A stretch of 64,000 nt of DNA from a virus. Location of the stretch: IMG/VR virus record IMGVR_UViG_3300035698_026482, positions 32,001 to 96,000 of that record. One strand, given 5' to 3'. The notes beneath the pieces were generated by a model. It saw only the letters and a program-made list of their open reading frames with translations, was not told the origin of the DNA and ran no database searches. Within the stretch, counting starts at the first letter, position 1. The number at the start of each line of letters is the position of its first letter. The position numbers and the translations under genes are program-made. Shown piece after piece: positions 50,093 through 60,087 of this stretch.

Positions 50093-50500
50093 TCATCCAA
50101 CGCCTTGCCATTCGCCGCCGGGTGCGTTAGTAAATGCAGCAGATCCTGTAAGGAATGGAACACCATCACGCTTATCGATCAATGTAAGCCCAGCAAACAT
50201 ATCCATAGTAGCCACGCCACCGACGCCCTGAACATATACTTCTAATACACGTACGTCAAACGTCTCAACTGTTCCTGCTGGTACGTCAAAGTAATTAGAC
50301 CCAGTTATGCCGTTTTCAGTAAAGCCTACACGAAGAGGCGAGCCGACGGCACTAATTTTCAGATATTTCGTCACCTTCGGAAAGGTGAATCGTTGTGTAA
50401 CGCTGTCGGCTACAGCCACTGATCCTGTTACCCACGGAAGAGCAGCAGTTTGATATGCAGCAACAAATTGAAAACCATTGCCTGTATTTCCTAGACTCAT
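50093..50500 (-). CDS. hypothetical beta-rich virion protein
   Basis: 135 aa, YQ..ALPWVTGS, LRVGFTENG; located in the head module. Confidence 0.6.
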   Translation of the reverse strand: MSLGNTGNGFQFVAAYQTAALPWVTGSVAVADSVTQRFTFPKVTKYLKISAVGSPLRVGFTENGITGSNYFDVPAGTVETFDVRVLEVYVQGVGGVATMDMFAGLTLIDKRDGVPFLTGSAAFTNAPGGEWQGVG

Positions 50501-50503
50501 GAC

Positions 50504-51136
50504 TTATTTTCCCCACCTAAGCACTTCATTCAGGATCCTATCAACGCGAACGTCCTTCGTAAAGCGTTCTTTCTTAAGTTGCTGAATTTCTGCAGATGTA
50601 ACCTCGCGACCCTCTTTCATGATGAAAGCATTTGGTGTACTGGGCTCTGACACTACATCCCAACAAATTAGTTGAAAATCATCCTGTACGATTGTCCTGC
50701 CGCCCTCATCTTTTGTTGAACCTACACCTCTGCTAGAAATACCAATCGTTACACCTGCTTCGACAAGTCCCTTCAGGATGTTTCCAGCGGGAGTAGGTAA
50801 TACCTCAACGGCGCCCCAAACAACACCCTCAGAGTCAATCGTCGCTTCACGTATGATGTGTGAAGCGTTCTTTAGCTCGACAACGCTAGAATCTGGATGA
50901 TCTAATTCGCCCAGGGCTCTATTTTCAACAATGAACTTTTGATAGTTGGCAATTTCTGCCTCCAAAACAGCACGTGGATAAATTCGACCGTTTTGATTTA
51001 GGACATCAGCTTTTTGCAAAATGCCCCGCATAATGAAAGGACCCCCTTTCTTTTTTTGCTCATCGATACGCTCGTATTTGAATGGTGACCATTCCCTAAG
51101 AATGCGCATTACATTTGGTTTATCTGTGTCACTCAT
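50504..51136 (-). CDS. gp21: prohead core protease (T4 gp21-like)
   Basis: NQNGRIYP, ALGELDHP, ASHII, IGISSRGVGS, DVVSEPSTPNA. Confidence 0.93.
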   Translation of the reverse strand: MSDTDKPNVMRILREWSPFKYERIDEQKKKGGPFIMRGILQKADVLNQNGRIYPRAVLEAEIANYQKFIVENRALGELDHPDSSVVELKNASHIIREATIDSEGVVWGAVEVLPTPAGNILKGLVEAGVTIGISSRGVGSTKDEGGRTIVQDDFQLICWDVVSEPSTPNAFIMKEGREVTSAEIQQLKKERFTKDVRVDRILNEVLRWGK

Positions 51137-51990
51137 TTCTGTAACTCGTCCTTTAGTTCACAAAGCTTAAGAAATCGCGCAATTGAACCATCATCCAACT
51201 TGTTGATATCGAGAGCTGTAATATTGTCACATGCTTCGTTGATCTTCTTTAACGAAAATTTATCGCTAGTGGGAAGCGTGCCAGCATAATGACTAAGCGC
51301 CTTAAGCGCCAGTTCTCTCATCTCCTTAAGATCTGACTTAAGCTTGTCTGTGACACCTTCAAATGTGTAACGGCCTAAAATTGAACGTTGTTCAGCATTT
51401 AACTTATTTGCATAATGCTCATTCAATTTTTGAATCATAAGCTTAATAACAAGCGCATCGGCCTCCGGGTCAGGCTTATGATCTAGTACAACGGCCTGTT
51501 CAACCAACAGCCGTTCATGTAACTTTTTCTCATAGTCGGCAATTCTACCGATATTCGGGACACCGGTAGTACGCCAATCCTCAAATAGCGTTTGAATTGT
51601 AGCATAGGTTTTGTATTCAGGTACACCTATGCTATAAAAATCCATTCCAAACGTATGATTTAGTTCACGAATCAAAAGCGATTTTTCTCGATCAAGTTTA
51701 ACTCGATCATAGCGCCGAACGGCATCCCTTGTTTCGCGAATAATCGCATTTGCAACAGTTTCATCAACGCCAGAGGTTTTCACAAGCGCATTCATAAGGC
51801 GCCACTCACGATAAAGCTCTGTGCCAGGCTTAAACCGTCGTCTAATGATTGACAACGCACGATCAGATGTAGGTTTATGCTCCTTAAGCACACCATCAAT
51901 CATATGTCGAATGAGAAATTCATAGAGAAGCCCACTGTTTCTCTTTTTCTGGTGTTTTCGGCCCTTATAATGCAGTTTATTCTTTGACAT
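51133..51990 (-). CDS. hypothetical head-module protein
   Basis: Probable start MSKNKLHYK; KRNSGLLYEFL; between portal and protease. Confidence 0.7.
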   Translation of the reverse strand: MSKNKLHYKGRKHQKKRNSGLLYEFLIRHMIDGVLKEHKPTSDRALSIIRRRFKPGTELYREWRLMNALVKTSGVDETVANAIIRETRDAVRRYDRVKLDREKSLLIRELNHTFGMDFYSIGVPEYKTYATIQTLFEDWRTTGVPNIGRIADYEKKLHERLLVEQAVVLDHKPDPEADALVIKLMIQKLNEHYANKLNAEQRSILGRYTFEGVTDKLKSDLKEMRELALKALSHYAGTLPTSDKFSLKKINEACDNITALDINKLDDGSIARFLKLCELKDELQK

Positions 51991-52092
51991 AATCGTATTA
52001 TTTCCCGGCTCCTGCGGCAAACGATTTTTTATTAGAAATCATTGTTATATATGACTCGATATGGCAAATCGTGTTCGTTGTATACTGCATCG

Positions 52093-55000
52093 TTAATCAT
52101 CCGATAGATCTAAATCAAAATCGATGGTAAAATCAGACCCATCGTTCGTATCATTTTCATCGTGCTTGCCAAGCTTTGACTCATCAGAACCTTCAATTAG
52201 TTGATTAACTAGATCAGTGGTTGAATCTGATCCCTCAGTGAGAAGTCCCTCTTCCTCATCACCTTCACGCATTCTGGCTAATTCCGGCGCGAACTCTTCT
52301 TCTAATTGATTAAGCACTGACTGTAGCGCCCCTGTAATACGAGGGGCAGCTGGGGCCCTATCATCCTCGGCACCAATAAGGTAACCATCAAGCTCTGCAA
52401 GGGCAGATAATTGTTGCTCTAATAGACGTCGAGCCGGATCATTGGGATGCATTTGCTCAAGCTTTATGCTGAGGGCGTTCTTGAACGGGCTTTCAAGTGG
52501 ATTACCAAATGGATCTTGTTGCGGATCGTCAATTATATTAACCATCTTTCCAAAATCGGGCGTAACCATTGCCTCAGCGCCATGCCGGCGATGACGTGAA
52601 CGATTATATTGCTTCTTCTTCATTTCTGGACTTACGTTAATAGGCCTGTCGTCATCGCTATCCGTCAATGAAGGTTTTTTCTTTTTATCTGTTTTTAGCG
52701 GATCCTGTTCGCCTAGAATCGATCCTGCCTTAACTTGACCAGCAAAAAGATCTTCTTCATCATCGCCACCAGCATCATCAACGGCTTCATCATCGCCACC
52801 GAGATCATCGCCGCCAAAATCGTCACCGCCGAGATCATCACCGCCTTCGACGTCATCTAAACCATCTTCTGGCATATCGAAATTGCCGCCGTCAAAGCCT
52901 CCACTCCCGGCGCCACCGAAGCCAACGCTTTCCGGAACTGCGCCTTCGCTGATCTTTGTAAGGGCCGCTCGACGCTGAATATCATCAACGACTTCTTCTG
53001 CAAGCTCCTTCTGTTGCTGTTCAGACATATCCATAAGCGTTCTCAACAGGTATTGCTGTGAGAATACTTGGCCGTCGGCGATGCCCAATGCGTTGCCAAT
53101 CACTTCAAATTTGCGATTGTATAGCTCTAGTTTCTGTTGCTGCGCAATTGTAGATGGGTTATTGAGGCGCAGCTCGAAATCAAACATATCGTCGCCCTCA
53201 TATCCGTTAAGGAAGAGGTGCACGTATGCAAGCATTTGTAGTTCTGCGGTAATAACCTTTTGAATCGCCTGTACGGTTCTGGAAAAACGAATGTCTTCGG
53301 CCGCAAGCGTGGCTTTCGATGATAGCATCTCGTCGTATCCCAAGTATGCTCTAGGGATCTTTAATGCGGCGAAAAGCTTCTTTTGAATATACTCAACGTC
53401 CTCGGTGGCCGAGACATGTTGACCGCCTGCGAGGGTCGTGATCTCTGTACCGCTTTCTGTGCCACGCCGAGGTACAAAATAATCTTCGTCAACAGAGTTG
53501 TGTAAGTATATGAAATCATTACATTTTTCAATATCATCCACACACTCGCTAGAGGGCCCTGCAGCAAAATTATGCCACTTTGTAATTGTGACGCAGCCGG
53601 TGTCTTCACGATGTTCGAGCCTTTCAACTCTTACGACCCTATGATTCTTATATCCTTCTGACGCTGTGTATCTAGCATTTCCAGGCATATATGTCTGTCT
53701 AAATTCATCAATATCGCAATCTGACTCACGAATTAATGTTTCAAGCATATGTCGAGACATATCGAATTGTCGTAAAACATCTGCACGGCGACAATTTTCT
53801 GTTGCTTCACAAAATTTTGTAATCTCCTTAATTTCAAATCGATTGCTTAACCAAGATTTTTTAAGATCAGATAGTGCTCGAGGAAAACCGGCTGATTTTA
53901 GTCTTGCCTGTAATGACGATCGTGTAAATCCTACTTTTCCATTTTTGAATATTGGATTTGTATTGTGCAGATGTTTCCCAAACTTTTTATGCGCATTGAG
54001 CAACGCAAGTAGTGTCTTTTCTTTCACAGAATATCCTGTTTTGTCGAGAATCTCAAAATAAGCAGAAATAAAACGATTGTTGTCAAATTGCAGTGTTAAT
54101 TTGTCGATTCGTTTTTTTCGAATATCAACATCTTTCCACAGATTAACAAACGTTTTAGGTGTAATAGACCCCTCTTCCCATGTTTTTTTCATCCTGCGGG
54201 CTGATGCTTTGCGACCCGCGGGGGATCTGTTGCGTTCTGCGGCAAGCTCACCATGCAAGCGCATATGGTCACGCCATGTCATAGTCTGCAAATTTTGAGG
54301 ATTATTGTTCATCTTATCAAAATCTATATGATGAACGATCTTGCCTTTTATCGTTTCAAATCCTTCTGTTTCAATAACATTATTGCGGTGTGTCGACACA
54401 TATTTTTTTGCAAAGGGATCATAGAATTTTTCATATCCCGTGATTTTATGACCATCCTCTTTTGATGTACGCGCAAGATATAGTGGCATTAACGGATCTC
54501 CTGCAACTAAATCCTCTGCCTTTCGATATGATCCATCACGAAGCATGAATCGATGATCAGGTGTGCAATCATACCATGTGCCGGTGTCAATATGAACACG
54601 AACAAGTTCTGCATTTTTACGCGTAATACCCGCCCATTCAATTTTGCCCGGGACAATCTTTTTATTCTCAATGTCAACAGAATAAACCCATTGATCCTTT
54701 TTTCCATCATTCCATTCATCAATCAATGTGCCAAGGGTTATTACCCTGCCATCCATCAATTTTATTAATGATTTCAAGCTGTTACAAAGCGGATTGTAGC
54801 GAAGATCAACGCGGCCTGTCGAACGATCAATGATTGTGTTAGAGCGCAGCTTAGCCTCCTGCTGCTTCATGTAGTTTTCGACTTCTTCTGGTGGCACACC
54901 ACCGACGTCAACATAAAAAATGCGACGTTCAGGTGAGCGTACAACGCGATAAACCATCATGGCATCCTCAATGAGGATTAGCTGCCGCCAAATTCTGCGA

Positions 55001-57150
55001 GCAGGCTCAATAACTGATGAACCATATGGTAGAAATGCATCGTTACCAAGCATCCTGAAGTGTGTCATTTGCCAGTTTTCTAAGGCGACATTACCCTGCG
55101 TGACCCAACGGAATCTAATGGCTTGAGGATCTTCTGGATCAAAGCCTTCCTCTCGTTCGATTTCATTTACAGGTACTGGAAAAGCTTGCAATACGCCGAA
55201 ACCTGGCGCAACATCATTGAACAGAAAGAAGTCACCATACTTGACAAGATTGCGGACCCACATGCGCAGGTTGAAATCAACGTTTAGCGTGTCGAAGAAT
55301 AGTTCTTCTAGTAATGATCGGATCTTACGATTGTCACTAAAGATGTGAAGGACGTTTCCCTTTTCATCTTGGCTAACTGATTCGTCTGCATAAATGTCAA
55401 GCGCGGCGCTGATCTCCGGTGTATATTCCATTTCGGAATTGTGTACAATAACGCCACTATTATCTTTTAGGATAATGGAGAAGTTATGATGTACTGGTAC
55501 TTCTATATCATAAACTGGTACAATATCGCCTGTTAGGCGTACCGCAACAATTTTGTGATTTTGATAACGTTCTGAAAAATCACCAAAATGCTTGTACCCT
55601 TCCCATTGAAGGCGCTTCCTAACTTTCCACGTGCTAGCATCAAGCTCTGAAGCTAGTTCGGCAAGCGTCATACCTTTTGTATAGTGATTAGCAATGCGCT
55701 GAAACGTTAATGTTTTATCGGCGTTGCCATTTTGAAGCTGAACCTGATCAGTTCTTCCCTTATTAAATCGACCGGGTTTAAATGTTTTATTGTATTCAAT
55801 AACACCATCGAGGTCCCTTCCAAAAAGATGGTTACCGTGTTGTGCACGCTTTTTCTGATTTAAATCATTATTTTCTCGAAGGTCTCCACCCGGAAGCCAG
55901 CGACTAGACATTATTTTTGATTGTTTCGCACGCTCAGCAGGATCTTCAAATCGTTTATTATTGATTTTAGCATGTAACGAAAGATGATCATGCGCAGTCA
56001 TAACACGCAAATTTTTATGAGTATTGTTATGAGGGTTAAAATCAACATGATGTACATGCATGTCACTTGGTTTTCCAAGCTGTTGACCAGACATCGACTC
56101 GGCAACAAGAACGTGTTCAGGCCTAAATTTACCAGTCCGTGGCGATCTTAACCAACGATATGTGCGATCACTTTTACCTTTTGATCCAAATTCCTTACGG
56201 GTAAATGGCATAATGGCCATATCTGGCTTAAGCTCGTCTACTCGTCTATATTCACCGCCACGAAGAAGGAACGGATGATTGCCAGTCGCACGAATAATCG
56301 ATCCGTCATCAAATTCAACTTCATAAACCCGGCGTTCGCCAGTCTTCCACGCTTTGGTAGGCGTGGAACTTACCAAATCGCCTGTTGCGTGATTATATGA
56401 AAAAACATCAATCTCTTCGCCATCGTTGAATCGCCTTACAAATTCATCAATACGAATTGAACCTTCTTCAGTATTTGTTGCAATTAATGTTTCGCTTGCG
56501 AGGCAAAAGTCGGCATAACGTGAGTTATGCACGATTATCGAATCAGTTGCAAAATTTTCATGGCCATCGACGGTTAGATCACCACAAACTTGCGTCGTGC
56601 AAGGTTCAACTGAAATAATCGTGTGATTTTGATACTCCGTCTTGAACTGTTTTCGATAAAACGGCATCATCGATTCACCAGGTCTTAAATCTTGTGCTTC
56701 TCGATAAGTTCCGTCACGAAGCATACATTCATGATCAGGCGTGCAAATTAACGTGTTACCGTCGTCGAACGTAACCTTTACGGTTTCTTTAATGCCGGAA
56801 CTGCGCGGGTGATGGGCCCATGCGGGAACAATTTGTTTTTTCTTATGATCATATGCATAAACAAGAAACTTTTCGCCCGAGTCGCCGAACTCAGCGATCA
56901 GTTGTTCAAGCGTTTTAAACTTCTCGGGGCCAGGAATAGCGATTTGTGTACTCAATGATACGCACAAACGATCGTATTGACCATATGCATTGATTGCGTT
57001 GCTATAGATAAAACTTTGTGTCTTACTAAAAAGCTCTAACGCTGTTGAAGTTGGAGGTTGTCTATAGTCTCGTACACGCCTCTTTACCGAAGTGGGAGAC
57101 TTGAAGATTCTACTGACCCGTGCGTACCAATTATTTTTAGCTTTGCTCAT
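52093..57150 (-). CDS. gp20: portal protein (T4 gp20-like) containing three inteins
   Basis: Exteins PEISAALDIYADES, KYGDFF, QLILIEDAMMVYRVVRSPERRIFYVDVG, EDYFVPRRG..GTEITTLAGG, KLFAALKIP; about 752 aa after splicing. Confidence 0.95.
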   Translation of the reverse strand: MSKAKNNWYARVSRIFKSPTSVKRRVRDYRQPPTSTALELFSKTQSFIYSNAINAYGQYDRLCVSLSTQIAIPGPEKFKTLEQLIAEFGDSGEKFLVYAYDHKKKQIVPAWAHHPRSSGIKETVKVTFDDGNTLICTPDHECMLRDGTYREAQDLRPGESMMPFYRKQFKTEYQNHTIISVEPCTTQVCGDLTVDGHENFATDSIIVHNSRYADFCLASETLIATNTEEGSIRIDEFVRRFNDGEEIDVFSYNHATGDLVSSTPTKAWKTGERRVYEVEFDDGSIIRATGNHPFLLRGGEYRRVDELKPDMAIMPFTRKEFGSKGKSDRTYRWLRSPRTGKFRPEHVLVAESMSGQQLGKPSDMHVHHVDFNPHNNTHKNLRVMTAHDHLSLHAKINNKRFEDPAERAKQSKIMSSRWLPGGDLRENNDLNQKKRAQHGNHLFGRDLDGVIEYNKTFKPGRFNKGRTDQVQLQNGNADKTLTFQRIANHYTKGMTLAELASELDASTWKVRKRLQWEGYKHFGDFSERYQNHKIVAVRLTGDIVPVYDIEVPVHHNFSIILKDNSGVIVHNSEMEYTPEISAALDIYADESVSQDEKGNVLHIFSDNRKIRSLLEELFFDTLNVDFNLRMWVRNLVKYGDFFLFNDVAPGFGVLQAFPVPVNEIEREEGFDPEDPQAIRFRWVTQGNVALENWQMTHFRMLGNDAFLPYGSSVIEPARRIWRQLILIEDAMMVYRVVRSPERRIFYVDVGGVPPEEVENYMKQQEAKLRSNTIIDRSTGRVDLRYNPLCNSLKSLIKLMDGRVITLGTLIDEWNDGKKDQWVYSVDIENKKIVPGKIEWAGITRKNAELVRVHIDTGTWYDCTPDHRFMLRDGSYRKAEDLVAGDPLMPLYLARTSKEDGHKITGYEKFYDPFAKKYVSTHRNNVIETEGFETIKGKIVHHIDFDKMNNNPQNLQTMTWRDHMRLHGELAAERNRSPAGRKASARRMKKTWEEGSITPKTFVNLWKDVDIRKKRIDKLTLQFDNNRFISAYFEILDKTGYSVKEKTLLALLNAHKKFGKHLHNTNPIFKNGKVGFTRSSLQARLKSAGFPRALSDLKKSWLSNRFEIKEITKFCEATENCRRADVLRQFDMSRHMLETLIRESDCDIDEFRQTYMPGNARYTASEGYKNHRVVRVERLEHREDTGCVTITKWHNFAAGPSSECVDDIEKCNDFIYLHNSVDEDYFVPRRGTESGTEITTLAGGQHVSATEDVEYIQKKLFAALKIPRAYLGYDEMLSSKATLAAEDIRFSRTVQAIQKVITAELQMLAYVHLFLNGYEGDDMFDFELRLNNPSTIAQQQKLELYNRKFEVIGNALGIADGQVFSQQYLLRTLMDMSEQQQKELAEEVVDDIQRRAALTKISEGAVPESVGFGGAGSGGFDGGNFDMPEDGLDDVEGGDDLGGDDFGGDDLGGDDEAVDDAGGDDEEDLFAGQVKAGSILGEQDPLKTDKKKKPSLTDSDDDRPINVSPEMKKKQYNRSRHRRHGAEAMVTPDFGKMVNIIDDPQQDPFGNPLESPFKNALSIKLEQMHPNDPARRLLEQQLSALAELDGYLIGAEDDRAPAAPRITGALQSVLNQLEEEFAPELARMREGDEEEGLLTEGSDSTTDLVNQLIEGSDESKLGKHDENDTNDGSDFTIDFDLDLSDD
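52786..52845 (-). repeat. 4 x 15-nt coding repeat (GGDDL/GGDDF/GGDDL/GGDDE)
   Basis: Read directly in the portal C-terminal tail. Confidence 0.85.
53497..54786 (-). mobile_element. intein 3 in portal (430 aa, HNH endonuclease)
   Basis: NPL|CNSLKS...CTPDHRFM...IVHHIDFDKMNN...IYLHN|S. Confidence 0.9.
55438..56505 (-). mobile_element. intein 2 in portal (356 aa, HNH endonuclease)
   Basis: ADF|CLASET...ATGNHPFL...HVHHVDFNPHNN...VIVHN|S. Confidence 0.92.
56524..56964 (-). mobile_element. mini-intein 1 in portal (147 aa, no endonuclease)
   Basis: DRL|CVSLST...CTPDHECM...IIVHN|S. Confidence 0.9.
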
Positions 57151-57160
57151 GACGGACTTT

Positions 57161-57167
57161 TAATTAT
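57161..57167 (-). promoter_or_regulatory. putative late promoter motif ATAATTA upstream of portal
   Basis: 10 nt before the ATG, no SD between. Confidence 0.45.
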
Positions 57168-57192
57168 ACCACGTCTGGATATGTTGGGTATA

Positions 57193-60087
57193 TCAGTTGA
57201 GCCAGTTTAAGCCGCCTAATCGCCGACGAATATGTTCTGGTAATCTTGCACCGTAATCTTTTTCAGCTTCGGGGTTTGTTGATTGGCGCTCTATTAACTC
57301 TTTTTCAGTCTTTGGTAGGTTGATTTTATCGAGCTCGGAAAACGCGCTCAAATATTGTGAAGATACAATCCCGCTATTTTTGCCTGGTGACTCATAAATT
57401 CCAGATGATTTATTTGTGCCATTCAGCATTGCATATGCCATTGCACGTGCAGATTCGTCAATATTTCCTAGCTTAAGAATTCTGACGCCGATTGCATAGC
57501 TCATTATGAGGTCATCGTGTTCGCCTCTAGAAGCTGCAGCCCTACCTTCCGCCTCAACGTTTTTACCTGGTTGCCAGACAAAGCTTTGCAGCTGATGAAT
57601 GAATCTTGCAGAATAGCTGCGAATCTGGCGATTACGAATAATGCCCTCCATATTCGATAGAAGTTCATTTCTTTTTTTCTTGCCCTGGTTGTTATATCCA
57701 GGAATATCATCAGGACCAGGATAAAAATTGGGGTTTCGTTCTTGTTGCTCGTAATACATCGACGGATAATCACGATGTTGTAGGACCGTGATCGTGTGAT
57801 GCCCGTATGTATTTTGCTCAGGTGCCATTAGGGCGTTGTTAAAGTGCCGTCCCCAATGATCCAGCAACTTACCAAAGCCATCTGGACGAATATGCCCCAT
57901 AAATTCTGCGACGACTTCGCCCTCATTGCTGTCAAACACATGAAATGTTGAATAATCACCGCCGCCATCGCCCCTTGCAACGTCTGCCGATATGATGTAA
58001 TGATGTCCCTGGACAGGTTCTTTCCAAATCCACACTTGACCCGCTGGTCCATCACGCCTAATTGGTGGTATAGCCATCGATTTCAGCCAAGCAATATCAT
58101 CACCTGACACGTATGTATCGCCAGAGCCTAGGAAGTCACAGTTGTGAACAATTAAAGATTCAACGATATATGTGTGATCGTCTTTTACTTCAAAGTTGTA
58201 AACGAAGCCATTATATTCTGACGGTGTTATTTGCACACGTCCTGCAAACATTTCATTAGATGTTGTCTTAACCAGCTTCGTTCTGCTACCCGCTTTTGTT
58301 TGATGCTTCTTTTGTGCAAGTATTTCGTGCATTTTCATGCCATCAACATTATTCAATTCTAGACACCATGGTTGATTTTTTACATGATGAATGCGCGGAT
58401 AACATCTAAACATTGACATCAATGTTCGCATTTGATATAGCAGCTTGCTCGAAGCAGAAGCTATTACAATTTTGTTTTCTGGAAAATGCGTCCCATCACC
58501 GTCTGCCCAACCTGCGATTAGTCCTCTTACAAACTCAACGTTTGTCTTGAGTAACAACTGCATATCGATTGATTTCTCAGTAGCATATGATCCCTTAATG
58601 AAGTATCTACATAATGCAGCAATGTAGTAATTGTGTGTTTGCAGATTAAAACTATTTGATTCGTTTGGTCGAAAATATTCTCTTACTCGGGTACCCAACG
58701 ATTTCATAAAGTTGCTCGCCCAGCCACCGTGTGTTGTCTGTTCATCTGCGTGAAATGCAAACTGTGTACACCACCCCGTCTTGTTTGCGCGTGTTATAGA
58801 CCCTTCTGCAAGGTACAATCCTATAAAGCGACCTAAGTCATAATCAATACCAATAAAACGTTGTGTGTGACCACGCTGATTTTCATAATGCGTTTTGTCT
58901 TTTGTTACAGCAGATGAAGGGTATAATTTAGATAGATCGATTTCGTGTAGTTCATTACTGAACTGAGTCTCTTTAAGTACAGGCATTAGCGCACATGCAA
59001 ATCTCGCACCGCGTGATGATTTTTTGTACTTCTCTAGTTTCGTATTTAGCGAATCAATTGATTCAAATTTCCAATCTAAATCTCCGCTTAAATCTGCCGT
59101 TCTAACGATACCGGCGCCTGAAGACATTAATATTGGGTGATTTCCTGTAACCGTAATATTAGCTTTACGGTTGCCAGGTACTGACACATCCCATACTGTT
59201 TCGCAAGGTTTTATCCTTCGCTTGTTTACCTTAACAACAGGGCGATAGTGTCCAGTATGTGTCAAGACGTTGTCGCCAACAGCAATATCCTCAACAAACC
59301 TATATCCTGTATCGGTGACAATCCTGGCGCCCTCGCCGACGCAGTCATACTCTTGTGCATAGTATCTTTTACTATACATCTTGCGCGTTTCTTCTTCCCA
59401 CTTTTCATCGCGCTCAGGATGGACATCCCATTTCAATTCAAACGGAACAAAATCATTCTTTTTTGAAACTGCGTCAACGTATGTTTTGTAAAAAAGGCCC
59501 GCAGCACCATTTGGTGATGAAAGCATGACTGCCGATCCACCTGCAGAAATGGATGGAAGAAGGGCAGCCCAGATTTTTTCAAATCCTTCAATGTGCGCAG
59601 CCTCATCAATGATGATAAATGAAGCCGCAATACCACGTCCCGCAGACTCAGAGCGCGGAATCGCGCGAATCTGTGAACCATTGGCAAACTTTATATGCTG
59701 TCGTGAATCGCCAGTCTTGGGTTTTAGAATAAGCCACTTTGGAAGTGATGCAAATGCAACCTTCACCTTATCCATAAACTCAACAGCTGTCGCTAGTTTT
59801 GTAGCGATACAGATGATGTTTTTATCTCGATAAAATATTGCAAGCCATAACGCGTATGCGGCAGTGGTTGTTGAAATACCCAGCTGACGTGACTTAAGAA
59901 TAATATTGAAACGTTTTTTTACTAACGAATCAATTACATCATCCTGAAAATCAAACGTGTTAAACGCAATTGTGCCACGCTGCGGATGCTGAATTTTTAC
60001 GTATCGATTGATAAAATACTTGGGATCTTTACCACACTTCAGAATCTCTTTTACTTGGTGATCCTTACTAAGGATTGGTGAAGCCAC
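57193..60087 (-). CDS. gp17: terminase large subunit (T4 gp17-like) with one intein
   Basis: LKSRQLGIST (Walker A), FIIIDEAAHI (Walker B), SSPNG, YIISADVARG, HDDLIMS; about 563 aa after splicing. Confidence 0.95.
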   Translation of the reverse strand: MASPILSKDHQVKEILKCGKDPKYFINRYVKIQHPQRGTIAFNTFDFQDDVIDSLVKKRFNIILKSRQLGISTTTAAYALWLAIFYRDKNIICIATKLATAVEFMDKVKVAFASLPKWLILKPKTGDSRQHIKFANGSQIRAIPRSESAGRGIAASFIIIDEAAHIEGFEKIWAALLPSISAGGSAVMLSSPNGAAGLFYKTYVDAVSKKNDFVPFELKWDVHPERDEKWEEETRKMYSKRYYAQEYDCVGEGARIVTDTGYRFVEDIAVGDNVLTHTGHYRPVVKVNKRRIKPCETVWDVSVPGNRKANITVTGNHPILMSSGAGIVRTADLSGDLDWKFESIDSLNTKLEKYKKSSRGARFACALMPVLKETQFSNELHEIDLSKLYPSSAVTKDKTHYENQRGHTQRFIGIDYDLGRFIGLYLAEGSITRANKTGWCTQFAFHADEQTTHGGWASNFMKSLGTRVREYFRPNESNSFNLQTHNYYIAALCRYFIKGSYATEKSIDMQLLLKTNVEFVRGLIAGWADGDGTHFPENKIVIASASSKLLYQMRTLMSMFRCYPRIHHVKNQPWCLELNNVDGMKMHEILAQKKHQTKAGSRTKLVKTTSNEMFAGRVQITPSEYNGFVYNFEVKDDHTYIVESLIVHNCDFLGSGDTYVSGDDIAWLKSMAIPPIRRDGPAGQVWIWKEPVQGHHYIISADVARGDGGGDYSTFHVFDSNEGEVVAEFMGHIRPDGFGKLLDHWGRHFNNALMAPEQNTYGHHTITVLQHRDYPSMYYEQQERNPNFYPGPDDIPGYNNQGKKKRNELLSNMEGIIRNRQIRSYSARFIHQLQSFVWQPGKNVEAEGRAAASRGEHDDLIMSYAIGVRILKLGNIDESARAMAYAMLNGTNKSSGIYESPGKNSGIVSSQYLSAFSELDKINLPKTEKELIERQSTNPEAEKDYGARLPEHIRRRLGGLNWLN
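58141..59343 (-). mobile_element. intein in terminase (401 aa, LAGLIDADG)
   Basis: EYD|CVGEGA...VTGNHPIL...FIGLYLAEGS...LIAGWADGDG...LIVHN|C. Confidence 0.92.

Noticed and set aside
50504-51136. Resemblance of FSSRK to the protease active-site motif GISSRG
   Set aside because: Only SSR is shared; the small proteins lack the rest of the protease fold and the His motif
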